DNA from: Chrysomallon squamiferum
Lineage: Eukaryota > Animalia > Mollusca
DNA: 64,000 nt
NCBI GenBank assembly: GCA_012295275.1
Contig: CM022674.1
Coordinates: 4,712,001 to 4,776,000, forward strand
Direction of reading: 5' to 3'
This document shows positions 59,300 through 64,000 of the stretch, piece after piece. The first letter of the stretch is position 1. Every line of letters begins with the position of its first letter. The translations under genes were made by a program, and so were the position numbers. The notes beneath the pieces are model-generated. The model did not search any database. It was not told the origin of the DNA and was given only the letters and a program-made list of their open reading frames with translations.

Positions 59300-62119
59300 T
59301 CTCTCTCACTCTCTCTTTAACTTCATTGGCTGCAAATTGATTGACAAGAAATGTCTTTTCGACCAGCTCTCTATAATTTTTCTGATGAACCAAAGCATAA
59401 AAAAATGAAATGTGTTTATCTCATGTTTTGCTTTCAGTTTAGTCGAAATACATTATTCTGAAGAAAAAAACAAAACAAAAAAACAAAAACATTTGAGATG
59501 AGATAAAATGAGAGCAAAAATAAGAATTATTATTATTAGACATGTATGATTTGACAGTCACGTTTCGTACGCGAAAAACCGAGAACTCTTTGTGAAATTA
59601 ACTTAAAAACCAAGTGTCACTAAAGATTCTGTTTTTCCCCATCAAATTAATTCTGTTTGCACCTTTTTAAATTTATTATTATTATCATCATCATTATTAT
59701 TATCGTTATTTTTTCATTGTTGCTGTTTGTTTGTTATACTGCTGCTGTTGTTGTTGCTGATGATGATAGTGTTGCAGTGGTTACTTCATCCTTCATTAAT
59801 TAAACCTTGTCTTTGTTTGAAATGTAGTTGTAAATAACAATTCCATTTTTTACCGTCTCTTCTAATTATCGTGGTTGCTGTTGTTATTTTTATTGTTTTT
59901 ATTATTGTTGTTGTGTTAGTGTTATTGTCATTACTGTTATTCTTGTTGTACTATTGTTATTATTTTCATTAATATCATCGTTCCTTTCTTTAAACCAAAC
60001 CACCATCATCTGCTACAGAATCCTTTTGCACATGCAGTTATGATAGATACATTCAACTTTTGAATAACTCCAACTGCTACGTCTTCTTCCTCCGCTGACA
60101 TACCCTACGACGTCGTGAACAGCTACAACAATTAAACGACGACGGCAAAGAGAAAGTTTCCTAGAGCCTCAAGCAGCTTTGGATATTTGTTTTCTCTTTT
60201 CTTCCAATATCCTGTTTCTAGCTGCTAACAAAACAAATTCTGGAGAAAAAAATCAAAAAAAAAAAAAAAAAAAATCAAACTGGGGAAGATAACCGAACTT
60301 GGAGTTCTTAAAGGGACACCACTGCTGTTCACAGAAACCGAAAAAAAAAAAAAAAAAAAAAAAATCATTGAACGATTTCGGTCACGATTACGTAAACGGA
60401 ATATTCAGCCACATTTCTTGTGGGCCTAACCAGCCCAGTCTTTTTTTTTTTTTTTTTTTTTTATTGACCAATCTAATGTTAGGTGTATTAGAAGGATAGA
60501 GAGAGAAAAACAAAGTTGTATTGGTCTTTAAACTCCGGAATTAGATTTAGAAACGAACGGATATTGGAAAACGATCGTAGAACTACTAAGTCGTAGACGT
60601 TCTTGCTTTAATCGCTGAGCAGTTGTCGTTGTCGTTGTCGTTGAGAGGAGATAATGTCGTAATAATGGCAGTGAGTTCGAATAGCACTATAAGCGGGCTG
60701 TAGTTAAATAAGCTGTTCTCTTCTGTCTGTACTTTATATATTTCTAGTTCTGTGTGTTCGTTAGTCCGTCGTTCATTGGGATTATTTTTATATATCTGTC
60801 TGTCTGTTTATCGTTCCGTCCACCCATTTCCATGTCTGTCTGTATGATTGTGAAAGAGGTTTCTCTTATTTCTTTTTAAGTATCTTTATATTTCTAACGA
60901 ATTGTTCTATCTCTTTTTTTTCGCTCTCCCTCTTTCTTTCACTCGAAGCATTCTTTACTCTGAGTCTCTTATTTCTCTTTCACTCGCTTTTTCTTTACCT
61001 GTATATACATACCTATATATATTTACGAGGCTATCTTTCTGTCCATCTATATATCGATCTACGTATGTATCTACCAGCCTGTCTTTCTCAGCATCAACAA
61101 GTCTATCTAACAATATAAGCTATTAGTTTATTTTTCTATTTATCTATCTATTTATGTTTCTGTCTGTCGCTATAGCCTAGCTATCTTTTCATATCCCTGT
61201 TTAAGCTGTCTATCTTTCTGTTTATCTACGTACCAATCTCTTAAAAAAAATTAAAAAATGTCTGCCTCTTTTCGATTATGTCTCTCTCCTTCCAGCTCAT
61301 TTGCTGAACAGATACATCATGTATTCATCATGTACAAGAGTTATGCCAAGGAAAAGAAGTAAAAAAAAAAAGACTCAATCAAACAAATCGCATTATTGTG
61401 ACAAATGCGATGTTACGTAATGCTCACAAATGCACGGGACATACACTTGTTCATGACACGACGAACACGCGATGTCTTCAGACGTCAATTTCTCTTACCA
61501 ACCTGTCAGTAATTATTAAATTAATATTCTCAAAAGATTAAGTGAATAAAAATGTGTTATTAAATTAAGCTCTAGTGTTCTTTCTTCTTCTTCTTCTTTC
61601 TTTCTATTTTTTTTTTCTTTTTGTTGTTGTTGTTGTCGTTCTTTTCTTCATTGTATCAGCGTTGGCTTCGACGGCGACATATATAACGTCATCTTTTCAC
61701 GGGTGATAGTTCAAAGGATGTGTTAGGTTTATTGGTCTATTTCGCGTTCTAGTAAGTGCTCTCAAAATCAGGATTCTTGATGTATATGTATGTATGTATG
61801 TATGTAAATACATACAGATACACACATTTATTGACCCCCCACCCACCCACACACACGCACGCACAAACAAACGCAAAAAAAAAAAATCATCGCCATATCC
61901 TCATTATTTTTCCGCATCATTATCGTTCCGACTTATCTTCGTTCTTTTTTTTTTTTTCTTATTTTTCAATCAACAAATTAAGCCTTTCAGGTAAACATTT
62001 AACTAATGAGTATATCTAACTAATTAACATCCTCTAATTATCTCAACGACTAAAGCAGCCTCACTCCGACCCCTCATCTGCACTTGCGCACACCCTCTCG
62101 TGTTTTCAGTCAACAAGTT

Positions 62120-62385
62120 CAATGGTTCTAGCAACCAAAATGGCGTCGTCCAAGTTTCCGTACCGGAAACGAAAAATGTTCGTTAGCAGCGAGTCACAGA
62201 GACGTGAAAGAGAAGAAGCTGATTAGAGGTGGCGAGTCCTTTTTCGATGGAGTAAATGCCAGGATATTAGCCGTCATGTTCATAAAAAAAAATCAATAGA
62301 ATAACTACTCTAATCGAAATATTGACATGCTCGCGGATACGCATTATAATGCGGAGGCCATTTTGGAGAGCGTCATGGAAACGAC
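62120..62385. promoter_or_regulatory. CpG-rich island with promoter/enhancer-like motif cluster
   Basis: RFX-like GTTCTAGCAAC 62125-62135 abutting YY1 CAAAATGGCG 62136-62145; inverted repeat GTTTCCG-tac-CGGAAAC 62154-62170; GGCCATTTTG 62356; GTCATGGAAAC 62372. Confidence 0.4.
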
Positions 62386-62466
62386 GATGGATGGACGCGT
62401 CTAAAACGCGGACGGGTGACAGACAGTTTGGGATCTTTAGGAAAATATGTTTTGTTATTTCTTTTC

Positions 62467-62509
<43 letters not shown>

Positions 62510-63330
62510 TTTATTAATTATAAATGTTTTTTTTTTCTGTTTGGTTTATTTATTTATTTATTTATTTAATCATTTTTTTGTTATTGCTATTTATTTTATT
62601 TATATTCTTCTTCTTCTTCTTTCTTCTTCTAATTAATATTAAAGCAAATATAATCTTTATTTTCGGTCTTTTCTTAAAATACTTCTTACTTGTTATATTT
62701 ACTTAGTTAATTTTTTTTTTTTTTTTTTTTTTAATCAACTCAAATCAACGTTGCCTAAATTACCACTACTGCTGCTACTACTACTACTACTACTAATACT
62801 AATACTGATATTATCACTACCTCTACTACTACTACTACAACAACTATTATTATTATTATTATTATTATTATTATCATTATTATTATCATCATAATCATCA
62901 TCATCATCATTTCTTTCAAATATACATCCCACAGCAAAGAAAAAGGGAAAAAAAAAAAATAAAATCAAAAATATCACAACGTCAAAACGACATTTCATCC
63001 AACGCCACATCATCAAGTTCGATAACTTCGACGCGTTGACGTTCACCAGATCTGTCACGACTGAAAAGGCGGGAAAACAAACACGTGATCCGGTAAATCC
63101 GGTAATTGGACAGCCGGAAGCCGTACACGTGCGTCTAATTTCGTCGCGAGAAGTGTAAGGTAAGAGCTTTTTCGGAAAGCAGCGGTAACTTCTTTGGCTT
63201 CGTCGATGTGCGATTTGTTTTTCTTAGAAAATTGTTAGTGCGTCTGATTAACAAGTTAAACTCATATAATTTATACATTTAGAAAAAGAATTTTTTTTTT
63301 TTTTTTTTTTTTTGGAATGATGTAAAGAAT

Positions 63331-63394
63331 AGAAGAAGAAGAAGAAGAAGAAGAAGAAGAAGAAGAAGAAGAAGAAGAAGAAGAAGAAGAAGAA
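63331..63394. repeat. (GAA)n microsatellite
   Basis: Directly visible. Confidence 0.96.
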
Positions 63395-64000
63395 AAATGG
63401 TAGAACAATTAAGTTACTAAGAAGAAACAAAAGAAGACGAAATCGTTGAAAAAGAATAGAAAGTATATCTTGACAATGGTGATGATGATTATGATGATGA
63501 CGAAGATGATGATGATGATGATAATGATTAGGATGAGACGTATGAATCAGAAGAATGAAAAAAAGAAGAAATTCAGGAAAAGAAAACGAGTACGATGATA
63601 ATCAAGAAAAGAAAGAAAAAGAAAAAAAATATATCGAGAACTCTGCTTTGTGATTATTTACTTATTTATTTGTTTGTTTGTTTGTTTGTTTGTTTGTCTG
63701 TTTGTTTGTATGTCTGTTTATCTATTTATTATTTGCTTATTTATTTATTTTTTGTCTATTATTTATTTACTTATTCGGAAAATCAATACTGCATTTGTTT
63801 CTACGCAAATCAATCTTTTTTTCTAGTTTTCTAATAGTTTAAACTAATTTTAACATCATTTCACTTTTTAATTAAATTATTTCTCTCTCTCTCTCTCTTA
63901 TACACACACAAATATATATATATATATTTCTGAGATCAGTTATCTATTTTCAATTTCTCCTTTATTATGTTTATTTTTTTTTTTTAATTTAATTTGTATT

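Overview
This is eukaryotic, very AT-rich genomic DNA with no recognisable protein-coding gene, rRNA, true tRNA gene or CRISPR array. Nearly all ORFs in the supplied track are translations of microsatellites ((GA)n, (CT)n, (GT)n, (TATG)n, (ATT)n, (ACT)n, poly-A/T). The window reads as a large intron or gene desert of an animal. Several old fragments resemble, from memory, a tRNA-derived SINE with a Nin/Deu-type core that is common in gastropod genomes, so a mollusc (probably a gastropod) is inferred but not verified. Between the microsatellites lie many short, higher-GC unique islands that keep their CpGs. These carry recurrent YY1/PHO-type motifs (AAAATGGCG, twice as inverted pairs), full CRE palindromes (four in a 108-bp tandem duplication ending in a YY1 site), RFX X-box matches and many TAATT cores. 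This pattern is consistent with an unmethylated cis-regulatory landscape of a developmental or neural gene. The window also holds minisatellites (about 20, 23, 38/76 and 65 bp units), a dispersed CCGAA-rich repeat and a few weak candidate spliced exons, mostly on the minus strand. The regulatory and exon interpretations are hypotheses only, and I found no demonstrable novel system.
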